DNA from: Dicyema japonicum
Lineage: Eukaryota > Animalia > Dicyemida
Direction: 5' to 3'
Assembly: GCA_011109175.1 (NCBI GenBank)
Contig: RDEW01000057.1
Coordinates: 33,605-77,804, forward strand
DNA: 44,200 nt
Shown here: positions 13,417 to 25,139 of the stretch, one piece after another
Numbering within the stretch: position 1 is the stretch's first letter
Layout of the letters: every line of letters begins with the position of its first letter
Notes under the pieces: model-generated
Databases searched by the model: none
What the model was told of the DNA's origin: nothing
Seen by the model: the letters and a program-made list of their open reading frames with translations, nothing else
Made by a program: the position numbers and the translations under genes

Positions 13417-14410
13417 TACTCGAATATAAATTCTAGTTTTATTTTTTTCTTTGAAATTCCTTGAAAATTAATATAGGCATACTCGAATATAAGCCCTATC
13501 AATTTTTTTTATGAAATAGCTCCCTTGATATTGCCACTAATAATTGTCGTATGTCATAGTGTCCGGGCTGATGAGACCTGATTTATCACATGACAACATC
13601 TAACAAATCATATGAAACTCCCTTTTTTGCAAGATAACAAAAAATATTTTGAGTCGATNNNNNNNNNNNNNNNNNNNNNNNNNNNNNNNNNNNNNNNNNN
13701 NNNNNNNNNNNNNNNNNNNNNNNNNNNNNNNNNNNNNNNNNNNNNNNNNNNNNNNNNNNNNNNNNNNNNNNNNNNNNNNNNNNNNNNNNNNNNNNNNNNN
13801 NNNNNNNNNNNNNNNNNNNNNNNNNNNNNNNNNNNNNNNNNNNNNNNNNNNNNNNNNNNNNNNNNNNNNNNNNNNNNNNNNNNNNNNNNNNNNNNNNNNN
13901 NNNNNNNNNNNNNNNNNNNNNNNNNNNNNNNNNNNNNNNNNNNNNNNNNNNNNNNNNNNNNNNNNNNNNNNNNNNNNNNNNNNNNNNNNNNNNNNNNNNN
14001 NNNNNNNNNNNNNNNNNNNNNNNNNNNNNNNNNNNNNNNNNNNNNNNNNNNNNNNNNNNNNNNNNNNNNNNNNNNNNTTATGCTAAAAGTGATAATGTGG
14101 TTTGGTGAAGGCATAACACTTTCTCCGCAAAGGTAAGAACACTCATTGGTTTATTGTCAACGCGTGCGTCAGCTAATGCGTGTGTGTGACGCCAGACACA
14201 CAGACAGTTGACTTGGCGAATGACTCACGTAGCTAGATTCAATTCAGTGTGTTAAATAAACGGAAAAACGTATGTGGGGATGGATAAAATTAGTGTGGCA
14301 AGGCGGGTGCGGCTTATACACGGTGTATACCTGTAACTCAAAAAACAACCTTCAAAGTTTGGGGTGCGGCCTATACACGGTGGCGGCTTATACACGAGGA
14401 TTTACGGTAA
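13417..14410. mobile_element. pogo/Tigger-type terminal remnants flanking the assembly gap
   Basis: Subterminal CATACTCGAATATAA occurs at about 13417 and 13478. After the gap, repeated GCGGC(T/C)TATACACG units end in GATTTACGG-TA, a Tigger-like CCGTA terminus with TA. Confidence 0.5.
13659..14076. other. Assembly gap (418 N)
   Basis: Run of N. ORF-track entries crossing it are artefacts. Confidence 1.
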
Positions 14411-14493
14411 CTAAAATAAAACAAAAAAATTATTTTTTCCCAAAACCTGATTTCAAAATAAAAAGTTAAAAATTTCTTCAATAAAATTTATTA

Positions 14494-15311
14494 CCGTATA
14501 TTTTCGAATAAAAATCGAAATTTATTATCCTTATTAATTTTCTTCGACTCATATTCCAGTTTCCAGTTTACCTATTCAATATTAACTAAATTGTCTTTAT
14601 ATTCTCATAAAATGTTTTTCAGGAATGTTACGAGTGGCATTGGACAATACACTGCGACCCCGAATTGGGGAAATTTTTCCCCAATTTTGAGGTTTTCCCC
14701 AAAAAGAGGGTTTTCCTTAAATTTATGTCTCTCATGTTCGATATCCTACCTTAATAATATAACCAAGACGGATAACTACAATTTTTATTTTTTATTAACA
14801 AAATCAGTTAATTTTAATCGAGTGTTTTGTTTTTTCACATAGAACTCATAATATTTGCATGCCAATTTCGAACATGAAATAGCATCCAATATTGTGATTC
14901 CCTTTATTGCTTCATCTATTTGTGCTGCAGGATTTTTATCATAGATAATCGTTTTCATCATCCAGTTATTGAAATGATTCTTAAATGCCTTTATTATTTT
15001 CCTTGGTCACATGGCTGAATTAAGGAACTTGTATTTTTTGGAAAAAATATTACGTCGACATTTGAAAAAACAGCATGACAAGTTGCATTGTCAATTAACA
15101 ATGCTATTTTACTTCTTTTCCCCTCGTTAAATCGAGATAACCAATTTTCAAAAATATTTTTTGTCATCCAGGCTTTGTTGCAGGAAGCATCATATTCAAT
15201 GCCGATTTCTTTCAGATTCACACTTTTTAATACTTTTGGTGACTTCGTACGCCCAATTATAACCGGTTTATATTTTTCTCCCGTGTAACTGCAACACAAA
15301 AGAAATGTCAT
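14494..15311 (-). mobile_element. pogo/Tigger DDE transposase fragment with one terminus
   Basis: TFLLCCSYTGEKYKPVIIG..KAWMTKNIFENWL..ALLIDNATCH..FFPKNTSSLIQPCDQG. TA|CCGTATATTTTCG terminus at 14492-14506. Confidence 0.85.
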
Positions 15312-16243
15312 ATGTTCTTTTATTATTTTTTTATTTTCTAGTTTATAAAATATGTTCTTACTTTTTAAAATAATAAAAGTTCTATTTAAGTATTTTTATT
15401 ATTTATGTGTGTTATGCTAAAACTCAATTTATACTAGTTTCTATTGATATGAATAGTATTTGAGCAGATACACATATATGAAAAAATACAGTGAAGATAT
15501 CAGAAATGGAGTAAAAAAAACTTATCTATCCCCTAATACTGAAGCGACAAATCCTGATAATTTAAATGTAAATAAGATTTCTATGTTAGCTAGATAAAGA
15601 TACGCTCATTGAAACCGATTAAAGGGGAAATGCTCGAGTCCAAAGATAATTTCATTGTGCTGCCGTCTTATAAATTAACAAGATCTAAAACAGAATCAAG
15701 TAGCATTTTCTGGAACCATGATATGATAAGACACTGGTCGCAAACTGTTTTATATACTTTTTTAAATAATTTCAGGGAACAGTTTTATTGGATGGTTCTG
15801 GAAAAATTAACAATTTTGAGTGTGCTGGTAAAAAAACCGAAGAAAATGGAGTTTGTTACGAAAATAATATTTTTAGATTATTCCTGATAATTTTGATGTT
15901 AAAAATTCTAAAGTGCGCCGTTATGATAATGGACCAGACACATCTTGAATTGATGTGGGAATTGATTCCATCATTATTATTTACTAAAAATAATATTTTT
16001 AGATTATTCCTGATAATTTTGATGTTAAAAATTCTAAAGTGCGCCGTTATGATAATGGACCAGACACATCTTGAATTGATGTGGGAATTGATTCCATCAT
16101 TATTATTTACTATGTGTTAATTAATCTTTTTTAATTCTGTTTCTTTTTATAAAAATGGAAATATTAAAAAATCCATATTTCTAAATACAAAAAGTAACTT
16201 TTCTTAAAGATAAAGGCCGCACATGGTTTTTAATGATATATTT

Positions 16244-16413
16244 GGCCGGGTGGCTGATTGGTTGAGAGCCCGTTGTTCCCCAGTGGTCCAGGGTTCGATT
16301 CCCAGAGGCTGCCTGTGCCGGAAGCTCCGATCGGGTTTGACGAGTGACGCCGTCATGGACATCTCATCAAACACGGACTCCGCATCGAACGGATCTCCGG
16401 ATGGGATGTCGAG
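16244..16413 (+). mobile_element. tRNA-derived SINE (or tRNA pseudogene head with GC-rich body)
   Basis: A-box TGGCTGATTGG and B-box GGTTCGATTCC with tRNA spacing. There is no clean acceptor stem or anticodon arm. A GC-rich body follows and is cut at an N. Confidence 0.6.
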
Positions 16414-16414
16414 N

Positions 16415-18190
16415 AAAAATTTATTTCGCCTTCAAAGCATTCTTCGGCAAAAACTTCGTTCACCATTTCTGTCATGTCTGTATGAATCTCTGTACTGATA
16501 TTTGATGTTCCCTCGCATCGACACTCAAAAAATTTTTCCCAACAATTTTGAATTTGCACTAAAGTTACATTCGCCCATGCCTCTGAAATTAATTTCATGA
16601 CATTTCGCAAATTGAGACATTTTATTGATTCCAAAAAATGGTCTGTATTTTCACAAAAGCAAACGAATTCAATAAGTAAATTGTTGTAATTTGNAGAAGC
16701 CATTTGTAATTTTCCCTTTTTCGATTATCAGCTTTTAGAACGGTCTCAAGAGCGAATTTGATCGTAGGATGGGTAGAGATTCTTTTGTAACAGTCAAGAA
16801 ATTCCTCGGAGATCTTGTTTTCAAAATAAGACTTAGAGACTAAGAGGTTGGGATGCTTCAAAAAATAATACTCTAAGAGGTTGGGATGCTTTTTGACGAA
16901 CTCTTTGACCTTTAGAGTTTATTGAGACATTTTATTGATTCCAAAAAATGGTCTGTATTTTCACAAAGGCAAACGAATTCAATAAGTAAATTGCTGTAAT
17001 TTGTTTTGAATCCTTTAATTATCCCCATATTCAATGGCTGGATTAATGATGTTGTATTTTTAGGTAAATAAAAAAATTCAATGTTTGAACAATCAACTAA
17101 TCGACGTGGGCTACAACATTAATATTTTTCTTTCTTCTGAAAGCATTTTTGCATTTATTTTAAAAATCCAGGTTTTAAAAATTTCAATCGTCATCCACGA
17201 ATTTTTAGAGGAGGAGTNAACATTAATATTTTTCTTTCTTCTGAAAGCATTTTTGCATTTATTTTAAAAATCCAGGTTTTAAAAATTTCAATCGTCATCC
17301 ACGAATTTTTAGAGGAGGAGTACATGAGAGGAGGAGTACATTCTTTGTGCTGCTTAAAACCGAACGAATTTTAGCCACGCTGCACAAATGACTTAGTTGG
17401 TGTATATTTGAAATAGAGTGCTGTTTCTTCGCAGTTAAAAATATTTTCTTTACCATAAAGGACAACTTTAGCGTCCAATTCTTAAAAAAATCAGCAAGCT
17501 TGGATGAATCTGCAGATCCCTTTTCACCACACAATGTTTTGTATTGTAAATTGTGTCGCTTCTTGAATCTTTGAAGCCAACCATTAGACGATTTAAAATC
17601 ATTCATTGATAATTTAGATGCGACCATGGATCCAATTTTCTTAATCGTAGGACCAGACAGAGGAACTTTTTCAAGTCTCAATTTTTCAAAAATTTCGAAA
17701 ACTTTGAGATCAATATTTTTCAGCTTTTCAGAATCACTTTTATGTTCGAAAGAATTGAAATAAGTTCCATTATCAAGAAAAGGAGCATCCTTTTTTATGC
17801 GTGAGATTGTAGCCTTGCTAACTTTGAAGATGTCCGCAATTCTACGCTCTGAAAGATCCTTTTGTTTGATATATTGAGATATTTCGAGTTTTTTTTGTAA
17901 GCAATTTTCATTTTAGGCATCTATTCAACATAGAACAGTGGAGAATACTTTAACAATGATGACAACGTGACAAGGAAAAATTATCTTTAATTAAACAAAA
18001 AAATATATAAATAAAAAATTAATTATATTAAAAACTATTTAGTTTGTAGAAATTTTTAGGTGGCTCATAACGAGGTCTATTTTTAATTGATTTTTACAAA
18101 TTCCCTAGGAAAAATGCAGTTTTAAAAATCGTGGCTCAAGAATTGAGTTTGTATCATAAAGCGAGTATGGATCATACCCGAGGTCTGGCT
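16415..18190 (-). mobile_element. Degenerate pogo/Tigger element (CENP-B HTH plus DDE)
   Basis: HTH SERRIADIFKVSKATISRIKK, FKSSNGWLQRFKKRHNLQYKTLCGE, TTSLIQPLNMGIIK and ISEAWANVTLVQIQNCW. Frameshifted and locally duplicated at N joins. Confidence 0.85.
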
Positions 18191-18244
18191 CAAACCGAGG
18201 TCCGATTGTATTTGTATTTGAAATAATCAATAAGAGGCAAGATG

Positions 18245-18522
18245 TATATTAATTGGTCGCTTACCCAGGACACGCAGCGAACAAGGCGGAGCACGTGAAA
18301 ACCAACAAATACCATACTCTTACGGCCAACCACCTCTTTGCCCCCGTCGTATTCAAAACTTCGGGGGTAGCCGGAATCCTGACGACGACCTTCATCCACA
18401 ATATCGGGAAAAGAGTTGCTTCCCGCAGAACTGAGCCTCGAGAATCATCATGGCTCTGGCAGAGTATTTTGATTAATATCTACCGCGGAAACAGCCAACC
18501 GATCTTCTCTGCACACGTTTGA
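18245..18522 (+). mobile_element. CRE-clade non-LTR retrotransposon 3' end
   Basis: AANKAEHVKTNKY..FAPVVFKTSG..IGKRVA..EPRESSWLWQSILINIYRGNS matches the C-terminal RLE region typical of CRE elements. Confidence 0.7.
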
Positions 18523-18599
18523 TTCTTTCTCATTTAAAACTTCAAACCACAATTCTTTTTGTAACATTTGTTAAATTTGCATTCCTTGTTTGGTTTCTC

Positions 18600-18910
18600 T
18601 TATCACCCGCATCAGTCAACACACAAATGACATACCTGGCGATTCAACAAATTATATTCTTGTCGCTCTAAAAGCCAAGAATGAAAAAGGAAAATTATAA
18701 ACGACTCATGAACCGTTTCAGTTTTATTCCCGAATCAGTAGAAAATTCCGGAGTTATAAGTGCGCAGACCTTGCACCTCATCAAAAAAATAGGGCTCCAA
18801 GTTTCGAAAAGGAAGAACGACCCTTGGAAAACCTCTTAGTTTTACTATAAGATCTTTCTAGTGATCCTTCTCGGGTACGCTACGTTAGTCTCCGGATCGT
18901 TCTCTTGGGG
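18600..18910 (+). mobile_element. Second, more degenerate CRE-like 3' end
   Basis: NYKRLMNRFSFIPESVENSGVI..IKKIGLQVSKRKNDPWKTS*FYYKIFLVILLG is collinear with the preceding fragment. Confidence 0.55.
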
Positions 18911-18989
18911 ATCAAATTATTTTAGAAAAAAAATTCAATAAAAACTACTATCGGGAATTTAGAAAATTCACTAAGAAACACAATATTAT

Positions 18990-20210
18990 GGACCTCTATG
19001 GTAAATAGTGATTAGGTAGTTTAAAATTTTGTTCCAATTTTATTACACACTGGAAAAATTGTTGCCAGATTCGCATAAAGTAACCAGGTCACCGCTACTT
19101 AAAAATCAAATAAAACTGGATTTTTTAATTGATGATATAAATTAACATGATTCAATATTTTCAGACTTTTTGTTGATTATAGAGAGTCAGTAGCCTGAAA
19201 ATGCACCTCCAGACCATAGTTAGTAAAATCTTTGAGTACTAATTTGTGGGGATCTAAATTCATCAGAATGAACTTCCAGAAACCCTCCAATCACAATAAT
19301 GTAGTATAATAATTTTTAAAAATCACAAGAATACATTCAGTACTTGAAGGCACAATTTTTGCTATAAAAATAGAAAAAACCCCTGCTTGTAAAGATTTTT
19401 TCCAATCATTTAAATATTCTACGTAACGAAAGCAAGAGGAAACGTAAAAGCATGTATTCCCTGCGGAGCCGTAAAAACTCGAAATTTAGATACCAACAAC
19501 TAAATTTTCCCTCTTTTCAAGCTTTTTAAATAATTTTTTTTAATAAATGATCAGCATTTAAGAATAATTAAGATCCATATAAAAACAAAAAATCTGATTT
19601 TTCATAATACATCCAGAAAGAAATATTAGTTATTTTTCTATTTTATTATTGAGTTCAGATATTAAAATAATTAGTTTATCAGCCAAAACGTCTTCCAAAA
19701 TCATTCCGTTAGTATCAAACCATTCCGAATAGCTTATAGTATTACTTACTTCATTCCACAATAACTTATGTTTATAACGTCCTTGAATTTTGATCAGAAA
19801 AATTGAAGAATACCTAAAATATTCCGTGAATAAAACTCGAAAAATATAACTTGAATTTAAATTTAATAATATTTGTAATAAAAATAAATACTTTTGAGAT
19901 TTAATAGAAACTCTGTACTGGATATCAGGAAGATGGCAAGCACAGTCTGCGCTTGTTCCTTCGTAAACAATGTCGCCGATAATAAAATAATAAAGATAAT
20001 AATAAACAGGACAAAAAATGTAATATCTAAAATGAATATTTAATCATAAAATATTACATTGAAACACAAGTTATAAGCAAATTTTTGGATTGTGGAAAAG
20101 GATATGAATAATCATAAACAGTGGCAACGGTAATAGAAAAAACCATTATAAAATCAACTAATAATTTCACATCAAACAAAAAATGATTTTGTTTAGCATT
20201 AAAATGGCGA
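18990..20210 (-). pseudogene. Unidentified micro-intron-containing gene remnant
   Basis: Exon-like blocks (DIVYEGTSADCACHLPDIQYRVS; IVIGGFLEVHSDEFRSPQISTQRF) bounded by GT/AG micro-introns, with stops. The resemblance to FN3 is weak. Confidence 0.25.
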
Positions 20211-20469
20211 CTAAAAATCTAGAATAAATGTAAATTAAATGAACTTTGCTTATAGAATCGGAAGTCGTTTGTTTTGCTGTAACTGAATTCCATTTATCTA
20301 TAGGTTTCATCAAGCACCAGTAAAATCAGATCACAAGATTAACACGTAGTTGTTCTATTTTAAATAATTAATATTTTGAATAATTAAAATAATTTAATCG
20401 ACTAGTTATAAACCAAATAAATGTTAGTTTAATCGAGAAATATTTAATAACTTTTGACTATCGTAGACA

Positions 20470-20978
20470 GCCGTTTCTGAGAATCGTAAAGCGGTGAAGA
20501 CCTCCTAAGAGTAATGGCTTATTCGTTAAAACTCTAAAGATGGAAAAGTATACCTGGTTAAAAAAAGTCAGCCGAAAGTCAATCACTGGTGAAATTTTGA
20601 CATGAAAATAGATTGTCGAAGCTGGATATAAAGACGAAATATTAGCTGATTCTATGCAAAATTTCTTAAAGGATAGCTAGTGTTCGTTTCATATGTTAAA
20701 GCGAATATTCCGAACGGGTGCATACTATTCTGACAAGTGAGAGATGTGGCTCACTTGATTAGATGCACATTTAAAAATAGACCAAATTGGCCAATTCGGG
20801 TAGTTATGACATGCGCTGCAGGATGAACAAAATGCCTGGTTAAAGTAGTTAACTAGACGCAAACAAGATACCATAAAATGTGTCAGTTGATTATGATAAC
20901 TGACAGGTGACCATAAAAATCAGAATTTTCTAAAGAGTGGTTAACAACTCACCTATCGAAATAACTGTCCTTGAAAAT
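20470..20978 (+). pseudogene. Decayed fragment of nuclear 28S (LSU) rRNA
   Basis: Collinear degenerate matches to conserved LSU core sequence: AAAGATGGAAAAGTATACCTGG (cf. AAAGATGGTGAACTATGCCTG), TAGCTGATTC..AGGATAGCT, TAAAGCGAAT, GCGCTGCAGGATGAAC..GGTTAAAG, AAGAGTGGTTAACAACTCACCTATCGAA..CTTGAAAAT. Isolated and AT-drifted. Confidence 0.85.
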
Positions 20979-21372
20979 CAACTCAACTTCTGAATTTCTT
21001 TTCTTTGGAATTATTCGCAAAATTGGCCTTTTCAATGTAGATGGAACATAGTCAAAACTCTATTATGAAATATTTAGTATTAATAAAATATTCAAAAAAG
21101 GAATTCTTAAACACACTTATTCGGATAAAGTCATATCAAGTGCTTCATTTTTGAAACTAAATGGTGTTTTATTCTCCAGTTGAGATTGGATGAAAAAAAA
21201 ATTTATGTGGTAACAAACAATTTCCATTCTTGTGAGATTTTTTTAATCTCTAACTGAAAATCGGATTTGGAATAGACCTCCTGAATTTTTGCTAACTGTT
21301 CTCTCAATATTTCCGGCAATTTATCTTCATATTTGAAGCAGAATTCATCAGAATTTTTTGATTATTAAAGTC

Positions 21373-22292
21373 ATACTGTTAGACAAGGCTGTATTTTATC
21401 TCCCTTTCTATTTAATATTTACACTGAGAAAATTATGGAGGAGTTAAATTGTGAAAATAATATCGGAATCAAAATTGGTGGCCTAAACATAAATAATCTT
21501 CGTTATGCGGACGACACCACGTTGCTTTCGGAAACAGAGGATGGCCTGAGACAGTTAGTATTGAGAGTAAAAGAGAAAAGTGCCTCTTTGGTCTTTTTCT
21601 AAATGTGAAAAAACCAAAATAATGGCAACTTCACTATCTGGAAAAATGAGAGTTATCGTCAACAACGAAGAAATAGAATGTGCCGAAAGCAATATCTTTC
21701 TGGGTAGTCTGATAACTAGAGATGGTGGTTGTGTCTCGGAAATCAATAGACGGATGGCCATGTGCAGAAGTACGATGATAAAACTGAATCGGATCTGGAG
21801 TAGCAAGGATGTCTGTCTCAGGACAAAGATAAGACTTGTTAACGCGATTGTGTTCCCAGTCTTCCTCTATGGTTGTGAATCGTGGACATTGTCCAAAGCA
21901 GACACCAGAAGAGTGGATTCATTAGAATTATGGTGCTGGCGTAAACTTTTGAAAGTAAATTGGTACGACAAAGTATCAAATGACAAAGTTCTTGTAAAAA
22001 TTAAACCATCGTTGTCGCTTGTATCGAAAATATGGAAACAACAATTATCTTACTTGGGACACATACTTCGGGGGGACGGCATAGAAAAGATGATCTTGCT
22101 GTCTTCGTTTACCGGAAAGAGAAAGCAAGGAAGGCCAAAATTAAGTTGGTCTTCGCAAGTCGTTAAAATGGCCGGACATGATTTTCTCGAGATTGTAGAG
22201 CTCGTTAAGGACAGGGGTTCGTGGAGGAATTTGATCAACAGAATCGCCAATGGCCGGAATCGGCTGAATACGGCTAACTTAACTTAACTTAA
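21373..22292 (+). mobile_element. 5'-truncated RTE (BovB-like) LINE
   Basis: VRQGCILSPFLFNIY, NNLRYADDTTLL, VFPVFLYGCESWTL, ELWCWRKLL, YLGHILR and GKRKQGRP. Frameshifts near 21590-21610. 3' (TAACT)n tail. Possible target-site duplication TTAAAGTC/TTAAGGTC. Confidence 0.92.
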
Positions 22293-23193
22293 GGTCGTCT
22301 ATTCTTGAGAAGAGTTTAACGAAATTTAGATTTTTGTGGCGAAGTTGGAAAATTCTCTTTTCCTGTCCTGAGAATCCCAGCATACTTTAGTTCATTTACC
22401 AAGTTTCTCTTTTTATGAAGAAAACCGCATTGTTTTCTGGTCATCTGATTATGAAATTTCTGGTCTAAGAATTATTCTTTATTTAAACAGCTCCAGCTTC
22501 AGATTAAACCAACTTATAAGATATCTTTAGAAGTCGTTAAGAATGTATAGATAATAGGTAAAACCTTCACCTTAGCATTGTGAATTAATCTTAATTCGCT
22601 GACTAGAATGCCATTTTTTAAATTTTTAAAGTTTTTAGATTATCTATTGCCAAAAACTCTTTGACATAATAATCTGAATTGAGTAGTTTTTAATCTTTTA
22701 GAATTGCTTCATTCTAAATCAACGTTTTAAATGTAAATTCCTCTCACAATCTCATTATGTTCAAATGCAATCTGAAATGAGCATTCTATTAAATCTAATT
22801 GCCATATGGTCCATCGAGTTAGTTGAAAATTCCTCAATAAATAATAGTTGATTTCTCGGAATTCTTCTCTAAACCACACAGTTCAACTAAATGTTCACAT
22901 CGTCCATCATAAGTGTCAGAATAGAGCGATTTTTTCATTCACACACATTTTAACTAGTTTATATAAAATTGGCATGCAATTTAATCACTCTATAATCATT
23001 CGGATCAAGAAAAGTTCGATTTTATTCGGATTAGATATGCAATTCCCATATAAGACTATTTTTGTAAATGATTAATACCATTAATAATAATTCTGATCTG
23101 TTGGAATACAAAATTTTGATAAAAGTTTAGCTTTTGGATGAATTAATTATTCAGCTCCATGCTCATGAAATTTATCCGACTGTGACATAGTAC

Positions 23194-25132
23194 TGTCACA
23201 GTCCGATAAATGGACACTTGGCTTAAAAATGTATAAAAAATATATAAATAGCTATTGTATACGTCAATATTAAGAATTAGTTAAATATTTTAGAGAAATG
23301 TTATACTTTTTAATTTATAAAAAAAGCGTGTAACTATACGTATTGTGAAGCTCAGCAAAGAAATTCTTGAAAAAATCAAAAAAATAACTGAAAACCAAGA
23401 AGAAAACACATTAGACGACAATCCAAACAGAAAACAACGATTTAGGCTAAAGCAGCTTGCGAAAAACATATGCTTTGAAAATGGAAATGTATTCTTTATT
23501 AAGAATTCAACCAAATTGCGATTTTTCGCAGAGGATGACATTGAGTTGAAGCTTAAATGCATTGAGGTATCGGATTAATTAACATTAATTAGGCGGAACA
23601 TAATTATAATCATTTTGGTAGAGATCGACTGTTCAGTAAGCTAAAGACTAAGTATTATGGTTTGACTAGAGATGAAATTGCAGGAGTAATTAATAAATGT
23701 GTTCATTGCCAGGTAAATATTAATTCTATAATGTTAGGCTAAGAAATTAATGGCGACTAAGCCACAAATAACCCCAATCATCGCTCGTGGGCCTAGAGAT
23801 AGATATATAGCAGATCTCATTGATCTTCGCAGATATTCTGAAATTAACGATAAATTCTCTTGGGTATTTTAGATGAGATATTTAATATAAAGATTCTTGT
23901 AATCGTTGATTCCTTCTCGAAATATGTAGTTGTCGAATTATCAAAGTCGAAATCTGCGGTAGAAATAGCTAACCTATTCCAAAATATTTTTTATTACATC
24001 GGACCACCAATCATCCTCCAAACAGACAATGGGAAAGAATTCTGTAATTCGTTAATTGACGAAGTCTGTGAAAAATATTCGATCAAGCATGTGCGTGGTA
24101 GGGCACGAGCGCCCTGGATACAAGGTCAAGTAGAGAGGTTGCCTGATGGTTTTAATTTTTTAAGGTTCAACCAAAGCATAAAACGTTGGATATCTTCAGC
24201 AAGTGCCTCTCGTGGATATTTTGGGCGATATTGTACCATAATCAAAGACATTGTTTATGATTACAATAACACAATACATTCCACAACCGGAAAAGTCCCG
24301 TTCTACTTGTTTATGGGTGCTCAAAATCCGAATCCAATAACGGAGTCGGAAATGGAACAATTATTATCGGGAGATGTCGACAGTGCAATCGTAGATGCAC
24401 GTGAAGAAGCGTATTCAAAACTTCTTATCGCTGGAGATAAAATGATAGAAAGGAGAAGATGGAAATATGATGAAGATTCCATAAAAGTCGGAGCTACAGT
24501 ATTACTAAGGTAGTAATTTTTTAATACATTTCCAAGACAAGACAATGATGCCAATATTCGAAGGTTCCCATTATACGATGGATTATCAACCAACCAATAT
24601 GTTGTGGTAGATCAACAAAATGACATGTACTTGATCGAAGATGAGAATGGTGAAAAAACTAACGTACATATATCAAGAATTACAAAAATTGACTAACGAT
24701 TTTGTTTAAAATTTTTCATCTAAATTTTTTTAAGATTTGGAAGCCCGCATAGGGTTAGTTGTTTAAGATTTGAGTTAGGGTTAGGAGCAGACGAAGCTTT
24801 TATATGGAATCTAGAATTTTTTTCTATTTTCTAATGTAAATTTTAATTATTATCTCAATTTTAACCGATTTTTTTACAATTTTAAATCATTATTTTTCAA
24901 TGGTTAACCAAAAATCATATAGACTTCTCGATAATCAAAAAACACCGTTGATGTTAGTGTGATGTTGGTTTTTCCGTAATTCTGCTTCTTTCAACATGTA
25001 CCAAAATTATTAAAAATGGGTTTAAAGTGGGACTTGAAAAAAATTAACATGTATTTTGTATGGCCATATTTCTCAAAAATGAAATTTTGAAATTGTCCAT
25101 TTATTCGCGTGTCCATTTATCCGACTGTGACA
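23194..25132 (+). mobile_element. Ginger-like (retroviral-type integrase) DNA transposon with 24-bp terminal inverted repeats
   Basis: Left TGTCACAGTCCGATAAATGGACAC (23194-23217) versus the reverse complement of 25109-25132, TGTCACAGTCGGATAAATGGACAC (one mismatch). TGT..ACA ends enclose an integrase-only gene with no RT, protease or LTR. Confidence 0.85.
23327..24696 (+). CDS. HHCC-DDE integrase/transposase with 5 micro-introns (start codon unresolved)
   Basis: Introns 23567-23592, 23713-23737, 23864-23892, 24138-24164 and 24510-24536 give a stop-free frame: EHNYNHFGRD..CVHCQ (HHCC), RYIADLID, LQTDNGKEF, QGQVER|FNQ, YNNTIHSTTGKVPF and an SH3-like tail ending VHISRITKID*. Confidence 0.88.
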
Positions 25133-25139
25133 TAGTATG

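Noticed and set aside
13560-13625. Hammerhead-like CTGATGA...GAAA
   Set aside because: The base of stem II does not pair (GACC vs TAT), stems I and III cannot be closed, and it lies in a pogo-like remnant.
15862-17322. Near-exact duplications (15862-16110; 16610/16918; 17116/17219)
   Set aside because: Mostly adjacent to N joins, so probably scaffolding artefacts. The repeated peptide in ORF 15788-16120 is not credible.
23327-24696. LTR retrotransposon or Polinton integrase
   Set aside because: No LTRs, RT, RNase H or polymerase. Spliceosomal introns and close TIRs indicate a DNA transposon.
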